A stretch of 59,652 nucleotides of DNA from Burkholderiales bacterium (GTDB lineage: Bacteria > Pseudomonadota > Gammaproteobacteria > Burkholderiales > SG8-41): the NCBI GenBank assembly GCA_036398235.1, contig DASWHI010000140.1, positions 1-59,652 on the forward strand. Direction: 5' to 3'. The notes under the pieces were generated by a model. That model saw only the letters and a list, made by a program, of their open reading frames with translations, was not told the DNA's origin and made no database searches. Position numbers and translations under genes: made by a program. Below, in pieces: positions 38,141 to 48,205 of this stretch. Position 1 is the first letter of the stretch; every line of letters begins with the position of its first letter.

Positions 38141-38293
38141 ATGGATGCTGCCGGTTTCACCCCGGGAAATGCAGGTGCCGTGGAGAAGCGGGCCAGGATC
38201 CTTTATTCCCTCCTGCTCGTCGCCGCGGTCGCTGTGATCGTTTTTAGCGTCGTCGGCATTGCCGCCATGATGGGCTGGATCGCCGCGGATTGA
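38141..38293 (+). CDS. Small single-TM membrane protein (50 aa)
   Basis: Internal ATG with an AAAGGAG RBS. TM segment ILYSLLLVAAVAVIVFSVVGIAAMMGWI. Confidence 0.5.
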   Translation: MDAAGFTPGNAGAVEKRARILYSLLLVAAVAVIVFSVVGIAAMMGWIAAD

Positions 38294-38376
38294 GCGGGGA
38301 GCGGCGAATGTCGAAGAAATGCGGTCCCGACCCGGGACTTGAGCGGTCAATAGCAATAGGGAGCCCTGCTTTGAAG

Positions 38377-39339
38377 ATGTATTGGGCGCTGTTGCTGACC
38401 GCGCTGCTCGGTGCAGGGGGCCTTGCAGCCGGTACGGACGCACAGGACGCTGCGACTTCCACGGCCCCGCGCGCTGCCGTATCCAGCGGCGAGCCGCAGG
38501 CCCAGGTTCGCCTCGTCGGCGAATTCTCCGCACTCGCGGGCTCGGAGGCCAACGCACACAGCCTCGTGACGGGATTGCGGCAGGCCACCGAGATCACGCT
38601 CACCGCACCTGGCGCCGGCGGCCGACCCGGCACGGCGACGCGGCTCGTCCCGCCCACCCGTCCCATGGATTACGGCAACGTCCGCGTCACGCTCGTGCTC
38701 GCGCGGGAACAGCTTGCCCAGCTCGGTGTCAACCAACCCACGCCCGGCCAGATCAAGGCGGTGCTTGCCGGCGGGGGGATCGCGAGCCGCACGAACGGGC
38801 GAGCCGCGAGTCCCTTCCTTCATCCAGGCTTGCTGCAGATGCGAGCGGGCGGCATGAGCTGGACGAAGATTGCCGGCACCATGGGTATCACGCTTGCGCA
38901 GGCCAAGCAGGCCAGGGCCCGCCAGGCCAGCACCGCAGCGTCGGCGGATTCAAGCCGTCCGGCCGCGGCGAAGCGGGGAGGGGGTATTGCGCCGCTGACG
39001 GTCGCAGGTTCCGATGTTCCGCCGCTCCGCCGCACGAGCGCCATCCCGGCGCCCATATCTTCGGCCTCGATCACGAAGAGCTCCGCGGGCGGTCCTAGGA
39101 CTGTGCCCGCTGCCAAGCCGGCCGTAGCGGCGCGACGTCCCGCCACGGTTAGGCCGGGACCGGGAGTCCGCCCTCCCCAGGCGAGTGTCGTGGCCGCAGC
39201 AGACACCGCGCCAAAGGTGGAGAAGGTCGCAATTCCCGCGCAGGACGGCACGTCAGGCGGCGCTGTCAGGTTAACGCCCGCAACGCCCGCCGCTTCCGAT
39301 GAGTCCACCGGATTCGAGGAAGGCCAGGCGGCGGAGTGA
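38377..39339 (+). CDS. Secreted Ala/Pro-rich protein of unknown function
   Basis: Start at MYWALLLTALLGAGGLAAGTDA (signal peptide). The C-terminal half is low-complexity A/P/S-rich. Confidence 0.5.
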   Translation: MYWALLLTALLGAGGLAAGTDAQDAATSTAPRAAVSSGEPQAQVRLVGEFSALAGSEANAHSLVTGLRQATEITLTAPGAGGRPGTATRLVPPTRPMDYGNVRVTLVLAREQLAQLGVNQPTPGQIKAVLAGGGIASRTNGRAASPFLHPGLLQMRAGGMSWTKIAGTMGITLAQAKQARARQASTAASADSSRPAAAKRGGGIAPLTVAGSDVPPLRRTSAIPAPISSASITKSSAGGPRTVPAAKPAVAARRPATVRPGPGVRPPQASVVAAADTAPKVEKVAIPAQDGTSGGAVRLTPATPAASDESTGFEEGQAAE

Positions 39340-39423
39340 GGCTGGCCGATTGACAACACGCGCGGCCCCGGGCAGGGACCCCTCGGGCCGCGGAGCATCC
39401 AGGTTCCACAGGGAGAGGCAAAC

Positions 39424-39723
39424 ATGGCGATACTCAATCATGGAAGGGTCAAGCGGATTCATGCGGAACTTCGTGGCGACGAGGCGGTGGAGCTCGAAAT
39501 ACTCGAAGTCATGCTGCGCATGGGGGAGGTCTCGCGCACGCGGTTCGACACCGACACCAGGATGGTGCGCCTCGCGTTCAAGGCGCTCGAGCGGATGATC
39601 GTCGACTACGCCGGCAGGACCGGTCAGCGCTACCCGACCTACCTGATGCTGTCCAAGTACCTCGACGAGCGGGAGGCGCCCGCACCGGCCGAGCCGACGC
39701 GCGTCGTCAGCATCCAAAAATGA
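39424..39723 (+). CDS. Hypothetical protein (99 aa)
   Basis: ORF only. Confidence 0.35.
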   Translation: MAILNHGRVKRIHAELRGDEAVELEILEVMLRMGEVSRTRFDTDTRMVRLAFKALERMIVDYAGRTGQRYPTYLMLSKYLDEREAPAPAEPTRVVSIQK

Positions 39724-39755
39724 TCGGTCTCGCGCCGTGCCTGCAGCCGCGGCCG

Positions 39756-39863
39756 CTAGTGCCGTTCCAACTTGTTTGTCCAAATTCCGGCGGCGCGTCT
39801 GGGGCGGACAATCGGCCATTGGAGAAACGGTCGGATTGGCAGGAATAGTTGGAACGGCACTAG
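39756..39863. mobile_element. MITE-like element (17-bp perfect TIRs)
   Basis: ctagtgccgttccaact (39756-39772) and agttggaacggcactag (39847-39863). Confidence 0.7.
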
Positions 39864-39869
39864 GCTGCT

Positions 39870-41987
39870 TCAGCCCTTGACGCGCGAGATCCGCACCACT
39901 TCGGGAATGCGCCGGAGCGCGCGCATGATGCGCGCGAGATGCAGGCGGTTGGAGACCTGCAGCGTGAAGAACATGTTGGTGTAGCTGCTGCCATCCTCGG
40001 GATCCACCGCCACGTTCTGGATGTTGGAGCCCGCCTCCGCGATCTCGGCGGCGACCTTGGCGAGCACGCCGCGCTGGTTGGCCGCCATCAGCTTGATGCT
40101 GACCTCGAACGGCTTGCGGGTCTCGGGGTCCCACGCCACGTCGAGCACCCGGTCCGGGTCGTGGCGCGCCTTGGTAATGACGGAGCAGTCGTGGGTGTGG
40201 ATCACCATGCCCTGCCCCTTGCTGATGACGCCGATGATCGGATCGCCCGGTATCGGCCGGCAGCACTGGGCGAACTGCACCGCCATGCCTTCCGAGCCGT
40301 GGATGATGACCGAGCCCCGCGCGGGCGCCTCGTTCGGGCCCGGCTCGCCCCGCGACAGCAACCGCCGCGCCACCACCGCCGAAAGCCGCTTGCCGAGCCC
40401 GATGTCGGCGAGGACCTCCTGGCGCGATTTCGCGCCGGCGTCGCGCACGAACTTTTCCCACTGGGCGTCTTTGATCTCGGCCGGACCGGCGCCGAGCGCG
40501 GTCAGCGCCTGGTTGAGCAGGCGCTCCCCGAGCTTCGCCGATTCGTGGAAGTGCATCGTCTTGAGGAAATGACGGATGCGCGAGCGTGCCTTGCCGGTCG
40601 CGACGAAATTGAGCCACATCGGGTTGGGCTTGGCGTGCGCCGCGGTGATGATCTCGACGCGGTCGCCGTTCTTCAATTCGGTGCGCAGCGGCATCAGCTC
40701 CTGGTTGATCTTTGCCGCCACGCAGCGGTTGCCGATGTCGGTGTGCACGGCGTAGGCGAAATCCACCGCGGTTGCCCCGCGCGGCAGCGACAGGATCCTC
40801 CCCTTGGGCGTGAACACGTAGACCTCGTCCGGAAACAGGTCCACCTTGAGGTGCTCGAGGAACTCGACGGAGTCGCCCGACTGTGACTGCATCTCGAGCA
40901 GGCTCTGCAGCCACTGGTGGGTCTTTTTTTGCAGCTCGGAGAGCGAAGTGTCCGAGTCCTTGTAGAGCCAGTGCGAGGCCACGCCCGCCTCCGCGATCTT
41001 GTGCATCTCGCGGGTGCGGATCTGCACTTCGATCGGGGTGCCGAAGGGGCCGAACAGCATGGTATGCAGCGACTGGTAACCGTTCGCCTTGGGGATCGCG
41101 ATGTAGTCCTTGAACTTGCCGGGGATCGGCTTGTAGAGGCCGTGCAGCGCCCCCAGCGCGAGGTAGCAGGCCGGCACGTCGTTGACGACGATGCGGAAAC
41201 CGTAAACGTCCTGCACCTGCGCGAAGGTGAGGTGCTTCTCGCGCATCTTGCTGTAGATCGAGTAGAGATGCTTCTCGCGCCCCTGCGCGAGCGCCTCCAC
41301 CCCGGCGTTCTTCAGCTTCTTCTTGATCGCGTCGAGCACCTTGCCCACGACCTCCCGGCGGTTGCCGCCGGCCGCCTTCACCGCCTTGGCGAGCACCCGG
41401 TAGCGGTCGGGGTAGAGATGCTTAAACGCGAGATCCTCGAGCTCCTGGTAGATGCTGTTCAATCCGAGGCGATTGGCGATCGGCGCGTAGATCTCGAGCG
41501 TCTCGCGCGCGATGCGGCGCCTTTGCTCGGAACTCACCGCTTCGAGCGTGCGCATGTTGTGCAGCCGATCGGCGAGCTTGATCAGGATGACGCGCACGTC
41601 GCGCGCCATCGCCAGCAGCATCTTGCGGAAATTCTCGGCCTGCGCCTCGGCGTGCGACTCGAACTCGATCTTGTCGAGCTTGGACACGCCGTCCACCAGC
41701 TCGGCCACCGGCCGTCCGAAAGTGCGCGAGATCTCGGTCTTGGTGACCGAGGTGTCCTCCATCACGTCATGGAGCAGCGCTGCAGTGAGCGCCTGGGGAT
41801 CGAGGTGCCACTGCGCGAGGATGTTGGCGACCGCGAGCGGGTGCGAAATGTAGGGCTCGCCCGACTTGCGGAACTGCCCTTCGTGAGCCTGCTCGCTGAA
41901 GTGGTAGGCCGACTGCAGCTGCGTGATGTCCTCCGGCTTGAGGTAGCCGGACCACTCCTTGAAGAGAGCGGGGGCGGCGGTGGACAC
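39870..41987 (-). CDS. spoT: Bifunctional (p)ppGpp synthetase/hydrolase
   Basis: 705 aa with an HD domain (ISHPLAV...LLHDVMEDT), a RelA/SpoT synthetase domain, TGS and ACT regions. Lies downstream of rpoZ. Confidence 0.9.
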   Translation of the reverse strand: MSTAAPALFKEWSGYLKPEDITQLQSAYHFSEQAHEGQFRKSGEPYISHPLAVANILAQWHLDPQALTAALLHDVMEDTSVTKTEISRTFGRPVAELVDGVSKLDKIEFESHAEAQAENFRKMLLAMARDVRVILIKLADRLHNMRTLEAVSSEQRRRIARETLEIYAPIANRLGLNSIYQELEDLAFKHLYPDRYRVLAKAVKAAGGNRREVVGKVLDAIKKKLKNAGVEALAQGREKHLYSIYSKMREKHLTFAQVQDVYGFRIVVNDVPACYLALGALHGLYKPIPGKFKDYIAIPKANGYQSLHTMLFGPFGTPIEVQIRTREMHKIAEAGVASHWLYKDSDTSLSELQKKTHQWLQSLLEMQSQSGDSVEFLEHLKVDLFPDEVYVFTPKGRILSLPRGATAVDFAYAVHTDIGNRCVAAKINQELMPLRTELKNGDRVEIITAAHAKPNPMWLNFVATGKARSRIRHFLKTMHFHESAKLGERLLNQALTALGAGPAEIKDAQWEKFVRDAGAKSRQEVLADIGLGKRLSAVVARRLLSRGEPGPNEAPARGSVIIHGSEGMAVQFAQCCRPIPGDPIIGVISKGQGMVIHTHDCSVITKARHDPDRVLDVAWDPETRKPFEVSIKLMAANQRGVLAKVAAEIAEAGSNIQNVAVDPEDGSSYTNMFFTLQVSNRLHLARIMRALRRIPEVVRISRVKG

Positions 41988-42085
41988 GGCTTACGAAGGA
42001 TGAAGGAGGAAGGATGAGGGATGACCGGGTCCTTGTTCCCGCGCTGCGGGGGTCATCCTTCCACGTTCATCCTTCATCCTTGCCT

Positions 42086-42292
42086 TTATGTCGGCGTCTT
42101 GTTGAGGATCTCGGGTCCGTACTTGCCAGCGGCGAGCTCGCGCAGCGCAATCACGGTGGGCTTGTCGCGGCTCGCCTCCATCATCGGCTGCGCGCCGTTG
42201 GCGATCTGGCGCGCGCGGTAGGTCGCGGCGAGCGACATCTCGAAGCGGTTGGGTATGACTTTCAAACAATCATCGACGGTAATGCGGGCCAC
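42086..42292 (-). CDS. rpoZ: RNA polymerase omega subunit
   Basis: [30 protein letters not shown]. Confidence 0.95.
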   Translation of the reverse strand: MARITVDDCLKVIPNRFEMSLAATYRARQIANGAQPMMEASRDKPTVIALRELAAGKYGPEILNKTPT

Positions 42293-42304
42293 GGTTGGCT
42301 CCTG

Positions 42305-42916
42305 TCACTTGTAGTAGCGGTTGACCAGGTTGACGTTACGGGCGAGCTGGCGGGCAAGCTTGAGCCGTTCGGCCCGGATGATGCTGCGCAGATCCAGCGC
42401 CGCCCGGTTGAAATCCTCGTTAATAATAACATACTCGTACTCGCTCACGTGGCTGATTTCCTCGCGCGCGGAGGCGAGTCGCCGCGCGACGACGTCCTCG
42501 CTGTCCTGCCCGCGGGCCCGCAGGCGCGCTTCCAGCACCTCGGGCGAGGGCGGCAGTATGAAGACGCTCACCACCTGGCGCATCACGCGGCGAATCTGCT
42601 GCGCGCCCTGCCAGTCGATCTCCAGCACCACGTCGTGGCCCTGCGCCAGCTCGCGCTCGATCAACTTCTGGGAAGTGCCGTAGCGGTTGCCGTAGATCAC
42701 CGCGCTCTCCAGAAACTCCCCGGCTTCGAGCATGCGCTCGAACACCGGCAGCGTGACGAAGTGATAGTCGCGGCCGTCTGTCTCACCGGGGCGCGGGGGG
42801 CGCGTGGTATACGACACCGACAGCCGCAGCGCCGGCTCGGCCTCGAGCAGCGTCTTGACCAGGCTGGTCTTGCCGCCGCCCGAGGGCGAACTCACGATGA
42901 ACAGCACCCCGCTCAT
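42305..42916 (-). CDS. gmk: Guanylate kinase
   Basis: P-loop SSPSGGGKTS, plus YTTRPPRPGE and DGRDYHF motifs. Confidence 0.95.
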   Translation of the reverse strand: MSGVLFIVSSPSGGGKTSLVKTLLEAEPALRLSVSYTTRPPRPGETDGRDYHFVTLPVFERMLEAGEFLESAVIYGNRYGTSQKLIERELAQGHDVVLEIDWQGAQQIRRVMRQVVSVFILPPSPEVLEARLRARGQDSEDVVARRLASAREEISHVSEYEYVIINEDFNRAALDLRSIIRAERLKLARQLARNVNLVNRYYK

Positions 42917-43779
42917 TCGATGTTCTGCAACTGCTCGCGCATCTGCTCGATCACGATCTTCAGATCGAGCGCGGCGCGGGTCACGGCGAGGTTCACGGAC
43001 TTGGAGGCAAGGGTGTTCGCCTCGCGGTTGAGCTCCTGCATGAGGAAATCCAGCTTCTTGCCGACCGCGCCGCCGCCGGCAAGGGTCTGCCGCAACTCCG
43101 CCATATGGGCGGCGAGGCGTGTCAGCTCCTCATCCACGTCGATCTTGGTGGCGAACACGGCGACTTCCTGCTGGATGCGCTCCTCCTCGCCGCCGCCAAT
43201 CGCCTCCCTCAGCCGCGCGGCGAGCTTGTCCCGGTACGCCGAGACGACCTGCGGCAGGCGCGGGATGAGATCGCTGAGAACGCGCCCCATGGCGTCTGCG
43301 CGCTCCCGCAGCAAGGACGCAAGGCGATCGCCTTCCCGAGCGCGCGCCGCGTTGAACTCCTGCAGGACCTGCGCCAGCAGCTCGCGGCAGGCCGCCTGGA
43401 GCTCCTCAAGGGGCAGGGGTTCCGCGGCCAGCACCCCGGGCCACCGCAGGACATCGGCCGCGTTGAGCGGCGCGACCCCGGCGATCCGGGCGCGCACCTT
43501 GTGGTCCAGTGCCTCCAGCTGCTGCAGCAGGTCCTCATTGAGCTTCAACGTCTTGTGCGTGCCCGGCACCGTGGTGAACGACACGCGGCACTCTACTTTG
43601 CCGCGCGCGATATTTTCTGTGAGCCGCTCGCGGAGCCCGGGCTCGACCGCGCGCAGGTCATCGGGCAGGCGAAACTGGATATCGAGGTAGCGGTGGTTGA
43701 CCGAGCGCAGCTCGATGCTCAGGACGCCGAACGGGAATTCCCGCGCCGAGGACGCATATCCGGTCATGCTGTGAATCAT
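42913..43779 (-). CDS. yicC: YicC-family stress-induced protein
   Basis: MIHSMTGYA...SVNHRYLDI and a C-terminal EQMREQLQNIE. Confidence 0.9.
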   Translation of the reverse strand: MIHSMTGYASSAREFPFGVLSIELRSVNHRYLDIQFRLPDDLRAVEPGLRERLTENIARGKVECRVSFTTVPGTHKTLKLNEDLLQQLEALDHKVRARIAGVAPLNAADVLRWPGVLAAEPLPLEELQAACRELLAQVLQEFNAARAREGDRLASLLRERADAMGRVLSDLIPRLPQVVSAYRDKLAARLREAIGGGEEERIQQEVAVFATKIDVDEELTRLAAHMAELRQTLAGGGAVGKKLDFLMQELNREANTLASKSVNLAVTRAALDLKIVIEQMREQLQNIE

Positions 43780-43791
43780 CTAAAGTCCGTC

Positions 43792-43826
43792 ACTCGTTAC
43801 TCGTTTCTCGTTACCCGTTACTGGTT
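43792..43826. repeat. Heptanucleotide tandem repeat (ACTCGTT x5)
   Basis: actcgtt actcgtt tctcgtt acccgtt actggtt in the yicC/rph divergent intergenic region. Confidence 0.85.
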
Positions 43827-43926
43827 CACGGCTGGCTCGCGGTCGCGCGCGATTTACCGGCCATCGTTTACCCTATACCATTCACGCTGTGGTCCAGCCG
43901 GAAAGATAGCATACTCAGGAACTTAG

Positions 43927-44643
43927 ATGCGACCAAGCGGGCGAAAGCCGGAGCAATTGCGCGCGCTACGCATCACGCGCGGCTACACGCGGCATGCCGA
44001 GGGCTCGGTGCTGATCGAATGCGGCGACACCCGCGTGCTCTGCACCGCGAGCGTCCTCGAGCAGGTGCCGCCGCACCTGAAGGGCGCGGCGCGGGGCTGG
44101 GTCACCGCCGAGTACGGCATGCTGCCGCGCTCGACCAACACGCGCACCGACCGTGAGGCCGCGCGCGGCAGGCAGTCGGGCCGCACGCAGGAAATCCAGC
44201 GCCTGATCGGGCGGGCGCTGCGGGCGGCCATGGAACTCGAGAAGGTCGGCGAGCGCACGATCCAGGTCGACTGCGACGTCATCCAGGCCGACGGCGGCAC
44301 GCGCACCGCGGCCATCACCGGCGGCTTCGTCGCGCTGCACGACGCCGTCACGCACCTGCTCAGGGAGGGGCTGATCGGCTCCTCGCCGATCCGGGATTTC
44401 GTGGCCGCGGTCTCGGTCGGCGTGTTCGAAGGCATCCCCGTGCTCGATCTCGACTACGCGGAGGACGTGCGCTGCGACACCGACATGAACGTCGTCATGA
44501 CCGGGAGTGGCGGGCTGGTGGAAGTGCAGGGGACCGCCGAAGGGCGTCCGTTCACGCGCGCGCAGATGATCGCGATGCTCGATCTCGCCGAGCGCGGCAT
44601 CCGCGAGTTCATCGCCGCGCAGCACGCCGCGCTGAAAATCTGA
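43927..44643 (+). CDS. rph: Ribonuclease PH
   Basis: [39 protein letters not shown]. Confidence 0.95.
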   Translation: MRPSGRKPEQLRALRITRGYTRHAEGSVLIECGDTRVLCTASVLEQVPPHLKGAARGWVTAEYGMLPRSTNTRTDREAARGRQSGRTQEIQRLIGRALRAAMELEKVGERTIQVDCDVIQADGGTRTAAITGGFVALHDAVTHLLREGLIGSSPIRDFVAAVSVGVFEGIPVLDLDYAEDVRCDTDMNVVMTGSGGLVEVQGTAEGRPFTRAQMIAMLDLAERGIREFIAAQHAALKI

Positions 44644-44789
44644 ATCGAACCGCCAAGGCGCCAAGAAGCATTCAAAGGCTGGCAAAGTGCACAATGCCGG
44701 TCACGGGCATCCGATGTAGAAGAACGGGCAGCGCGTCCTTAGTCAGTATTGATCTTGAATGGTGTTTGGCGTCTTGGCGGTCAATCCTT

Positions 44790-45419
44790 ATGCGAAGGTT
44801 GGTTCTGGCGAGCGGCAATCCCGGGAAGCTGCGCGAGTTCCGCCAGATGCTTGCCCCGCTCGGCATCGAGGTCATGCCCCAGACCGAGCTCGGGGTTCCG
44901 GAAGCCGACGAACCGCATGGCACCTTTGTGGAGAACGCGCTCGCCAAGGCGCGTCTCGCGAGCCGCCATGCCGGGTTGCCGGCGCTCGCGGACGACTCCG
45001 GCATTTGCGCCGAGGCGCTCGGCGGCGAGCCCGGGGTCCATTCCGCGCGCTACGCGGACGGAGCGAAGGCGGGCGCGCAGGGCGAGCGCGCGGGCCAGGA
45101 CCGGCGCAACAACGAGAAGCTGGTGGCGGCCCTTCGCGGCCAGGCCAATCACAGGGCACACTACTACTGCGTGATCGTGCTGGTGCGCCATCCCGGCGAC
45201 CCCGAACCGCTGATCGCGGAAGGCCGCTGGCACGGCGAAGTCATCGCGTCACCACGGGGGGCCGGCGGATTCGGCTATGACGCGCATTTCCTGCTGCCTG
45301 AACTCGGTCGCACGGCGGCGGAACTCGTGCCTGAAGAGAAGAACGCCCTCAGCCACCGCGGCAAGGCATTGCGGCGGCTGGTCGAGATGCTGCGCAGCAC
45401 CGAATTTCCGGTGTCCTGA
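44790..45419 (+). CDS. rdgB: dITP/XTP pyrophosphatase (RdgB/HAM1)
   Basis: Internal ATG. MRRLVLASGNPGKLREF...FGYDAHF motifs. Confidence 0.9.
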   Translation: MRRLVLASGNPGKLREFRQMLAPLGIEVMPQTELGVPEADEPHGTFVENALAKARLASRHAGLPALADDSGICAEALGGEPGVHSARYADGAKAGAQGERAGQDRRNNEKLVAALRGQANHRAHYYCVIVLVRHPGDPEPLIAEGRWHGEVIASPRGAGGFGYDAHFLLPELGRTAAELVPEEKNALSHRGKALRRLVEMLRSTEFPVS

Positions 45420-45473
45420 CGGTCAGCGCGCTATGGGTCATGAGCAATGGGTAGCGGCAACTGCGGGACGGTG

Positions 45474-46718
45474 ATGGACTCGTCAATCATCACTCGTTAC
45501 TCATCACCGCAATTCAGGGCGCTGCCGCCGCTTTCACTGTATGTCCACATCCCGTGGTGCGCGCGCAAGTGCCCGTACTGCGATTTCAATTCGCATGAGG
45601 CGCGCGGCGCCGTGCCCGAGGAGCGCTACGTTGCCGCGCTCATCGCCGACCTCGAGCGGGCCCTGCCGGAGGTATGGGGGCGGCGGGTGCACAGCGTGTT
45701 CTTCGGCGGCGGAACGCCGAGTCTTTTCTCCGCTGCCGCGATCGATGCGGTCCTTGCGGCGGTGCGGGCGCGGCTCGCGCTCGCCCCCGACGCGGAGATC
45801 ACGCTCGAAGCCAATCCGGGAACCGTCGAGGCCGGGAAATTCCGGGACTTCCGCGCAGCCGGCATCAATCGGCTCTCGCTCGGCGTCCAGAGCTTCGATC
45901 CGCGCCACCTGAAGTCGCTCGGGCGCATCCACGACGGCGGCGAAGCGCGGCGCGCCATCGAAATCGCGCTGCGCAATTTCGAAAACGTGAACCTCGATCT
46001 CATGTATGGCCTCCCGGGCCAGAGCGTCGACGAGGCCGGTGCCGACATCGAGGGAGCGCTCGAATTCGCGCCACCGCACTTATCGTGCTACCACCTGACA
46101 ATCGAGCCGAACACTTATTTTCATCGTTTCCCGCCGACGCTCCCCGATGACGACACGACTGCCGCGATGCAGGACGCCATCGAAGCGCAGCTCGCCGCGG
46201 CGGGCTACGACCACTACGAGACTTCCGCCTACGCGAAGACCGTCAGCCGTCAGCCGTCAGTCGCCACCAGCGACGCGCGGTGTCGCCATAATTTGAATTA
46301 CTGGATGTTCGGCGACTACCTCGGCATCGGCGCGGGCGCGCACGGCAAGCTGTCGTTTCCGGGACGGATCGCGCGGCAGGCCCGGGTCAGGCATCCCGAG
46401 CGATACATGGCCGCCGCGGGAGCCGGCAATCCGATCCAGGAGCACCACGACGTGCGTTCCGAGGATATTTCCTTCGAGTTCATGATGAACGCCCTGCGGT
46501 TGAACGCCGGCTTTCCGGCCGCGCTGTTCGAGGAGCGCACCGGCTTGCCGCTCGCCGCCGTCCTGCGCGAGCTGGAAGACGCCGAGCGCCGCGGGCTGAT
46601 CGAGCGCGACCACGCGCGAATTGCACCGACGGCGCTTGGACGGCGGTTTCTTAACGACCTGCTGCAGCTATTCCTTGCGCCGGAAAAGCACGTCCCACAC
46701 CCGGTGGCCGAGTCGTAG
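45474..46718 (+). CDS. hemW: Radical SAM heme chaperone / coproporphyrinogen III oxidase-like
   Basis: [21 protein letters not shown] (CxxxCxxC) and CRHNLNYW. The start is uncertain because the first codons are heptamer-repeat encoded. Confidence 0.85.
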   Translation: MDSSIITRYSSPQFRALPPLSLYVHIPWCARKCPYCDFNSHEARGAVPEERYVAALIADLERALPEVWGRRVHSVFFGGGTPSLFSAAAIDAVLAAVRARLALAPDAEITLEANPGTVEAGKFRDFRAAGINRLSLGVQSFDPRHLKSLGRIHDGGEARRAIEIALRNFENVNLDLMYGLPGQSVDEAGADIEGALEFAPPHLSCYHLTIEPNTYFHRFPPTLPDDDTTAAMQDAIEAQLAAAGYDHYETSAYAKTVSRQPSVATSDARCRHNLNYWMFGDYLGIGAGAHGKLSFPGRIARQARVRHPERYMAAAGAGNPIQEHHDVRSEDISFEFMMNALRLNAGFPAALFEERTGLPLAAVLRELEDAERRGLIERDHARIAPTALGRRFLNDLLQLFLAPEKHVPHPVAES

Positions 46719-47345
46719 TCCGCGCGACTCGAACTTGGTCTGCGGCCGCCATTCGGGCCGCGGCGCGAATCCGCCGCAGGTGTTCTCGAGCAAGGGTTCC
46801 GCGGAAAATACTTCCAGGATCTGCTGCGCGTACTCCTCCCAGTCCGTTGCCGCGTGCGCGGTGGCGCCCGCTTTCATGCGTGAGGCGAGCAGCGCAACGA
46901 ATGGTGCCTGCAGCAGGCGCCGCTTGTGGTGGCGCTTCTTCGGCCACGGGTCCGGGAAGAAGACGTGCACGCCGTCGAGACTGGCGGAGGGAATCATGGC
47001 CTCGACGACCTCCGCCGCGTCGTGCTGGATGACGCGGACATTGGTCAGTCCCAGCTCCGCCACGCGCTTGAGCAGGCCGCCGACGCCGGGGCCGTGGACC
47101 TCGATGCCGAGATAGTCGTTCTCCGGGTGCTGCGCGGCGATGCGGGCGGTGGTCTCCCCCATGCCGAAGCCGATCTCGAGGATCCGCGGCGCCGCGCGCC
47201 CGAACACGCTGTCGAAGTCGAGCGGCGCGCGCGAGTAGGGTATCCCGAAGCGCGGCAGCAGCGTTTCGCGGGCCCGCCGCTGAGCGCCGGTGACCCGGCC
47301 CTGGCGCAGGACGTAGCTGCGGATCGGGCGTTGGGGCGCGTTCAT
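46668..47345 (-). CDS. trmB: tRNA (guanine46-N7)-methyltransferase
   Basis: [26 protein letters not shown] motifs. Confidence 0.9.
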   Translation of the reverse strand: MNAPQRPIRSYVLRQGRVTGAQRRARETLLPRFGIPYSRAPLDFDSVFGRAAPRILEIGFGMGETTARIAAQHPENDYLGIEVHGPGVGGLLKRVAELGLTNVRVIQHDAAEVVEAMIPSASLDGVHVFFPDPWPKKRHHKRRLLQAPFVALLASRMKAGATAHAATDWEEYAQQILEVFSAEPLLENTCGGFAPRPEWRPQTKFESRGLRLGHRVWDVLFRRKE

Positions 47346-47391
47346 AGGCGCGGTCGCGCGCGGAGCTGATGGTCGCCGTTGCGACCACCGG

Positions 47392-48204
47392 TTACTTCGA
47401 GGCGGGCGGCGTGATGAGGCCGGAGGTCGGCGAGCTCGGCGCGGCGGAGTAGAGCTTCTTCGGCATGCGGCCGGCGAGAAACGCGGCGCGCCCCGCCTCC
47501 ACGGCCAGCTTCATCGCGGAGGCCATGAGCACCGGGTTCTTCGCCGCGGCGACCGCGGTGTTCATCAGCACGCCGTTGCAGCCGAGCTCCATCGCGATGG
47601 CGGCATCGGAGGCGGTCCCCACGCCGGCGTCCACCAGCACCGGGACCTTGGCCTGCTCGATGATGATGCCCAGGTTCCAGGGATTGAGGATGCCCATCCC
47701 CGATCCGATCAAAGAGGCGAGCGGCATCACGGCCACGCAGCCGGCCTCCTCGAGCTGCTTGGCGATGATGGGGTCGTCCGAGGTATAGACCATCACCTTG
47801 AAGCCGTCCTTCACCAGCGTCTTCGCGGCGGCAAGCGTGTCCACCACGTTGGGGTAGAGCGTCGTCGGGTCGCCCAGCACTTCCAGCTTTACCAGGTCGT
47901 GGCCGTCGAGCAGTTCCCGGGCGAGCCGCAGCGTGCGCACGGCGTCGTCCGCCGTGTAGCAGCCGGCGGTGTTCGGCAGCAGCGTGTACTTCGACGGCGG
48001 CAGGAACTCGAGCAGGCTCGGCTGCTTCGGGTCCTGGCCGATGTTGGTGCGGCGGATCGCGACCGTGACGATCTCGGCGCCACTCGCCTCCACCGCCGCG
48101 CGTGTTTCCGCGAAGTCCTGGTACTTGCCGGTGCCGATCAGCAGCCGCGAGCGGTGCGGCTTGCCGGCGATCACCAGCGGGTCGAGGTTTTCATGCGGTT
48201 TCAT
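47392..48204 (-). CDS. thiG: Thiazole synthase
   Basis: Internal [22 protein letters not shown]...[13 protein letters not shown] motifs. Confidence 0.9.
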   Translation of the reverse strand: MKPHENLDPLVIAGKPHRSRLLIGTGKYQDFAETRAAVEASGAEIVTVAIRRTNIGQDPKQPSLLEFLPPSKYTLLPNTAGCYTADDAVRTLRLARELLDGHDLVKLEVLGDPTTLYPNVVDTLAAAKTLVKDGFKVMVYTSDDPIIAKQLEEAGCVAVMPLASLIGSGMGILNPWNLGIIIEQAKVPVLVDAGVGTASDAAIAMELGCNGVLMNTAVAAAKNPVLMASAMKLAVEAGRAAFLAGRMPKKLYSAAPSSPTSGLITPPASK

Positions 48205-48205
48205 G

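Noticed and set aside
39271-40914. 547-aa minus-strand ORF in a different frame from spoT.
   Set aside because: It overlaps the well-supported spoT frame and the MITE-like element, and its composition is Arg/Gly/Pro-rich.
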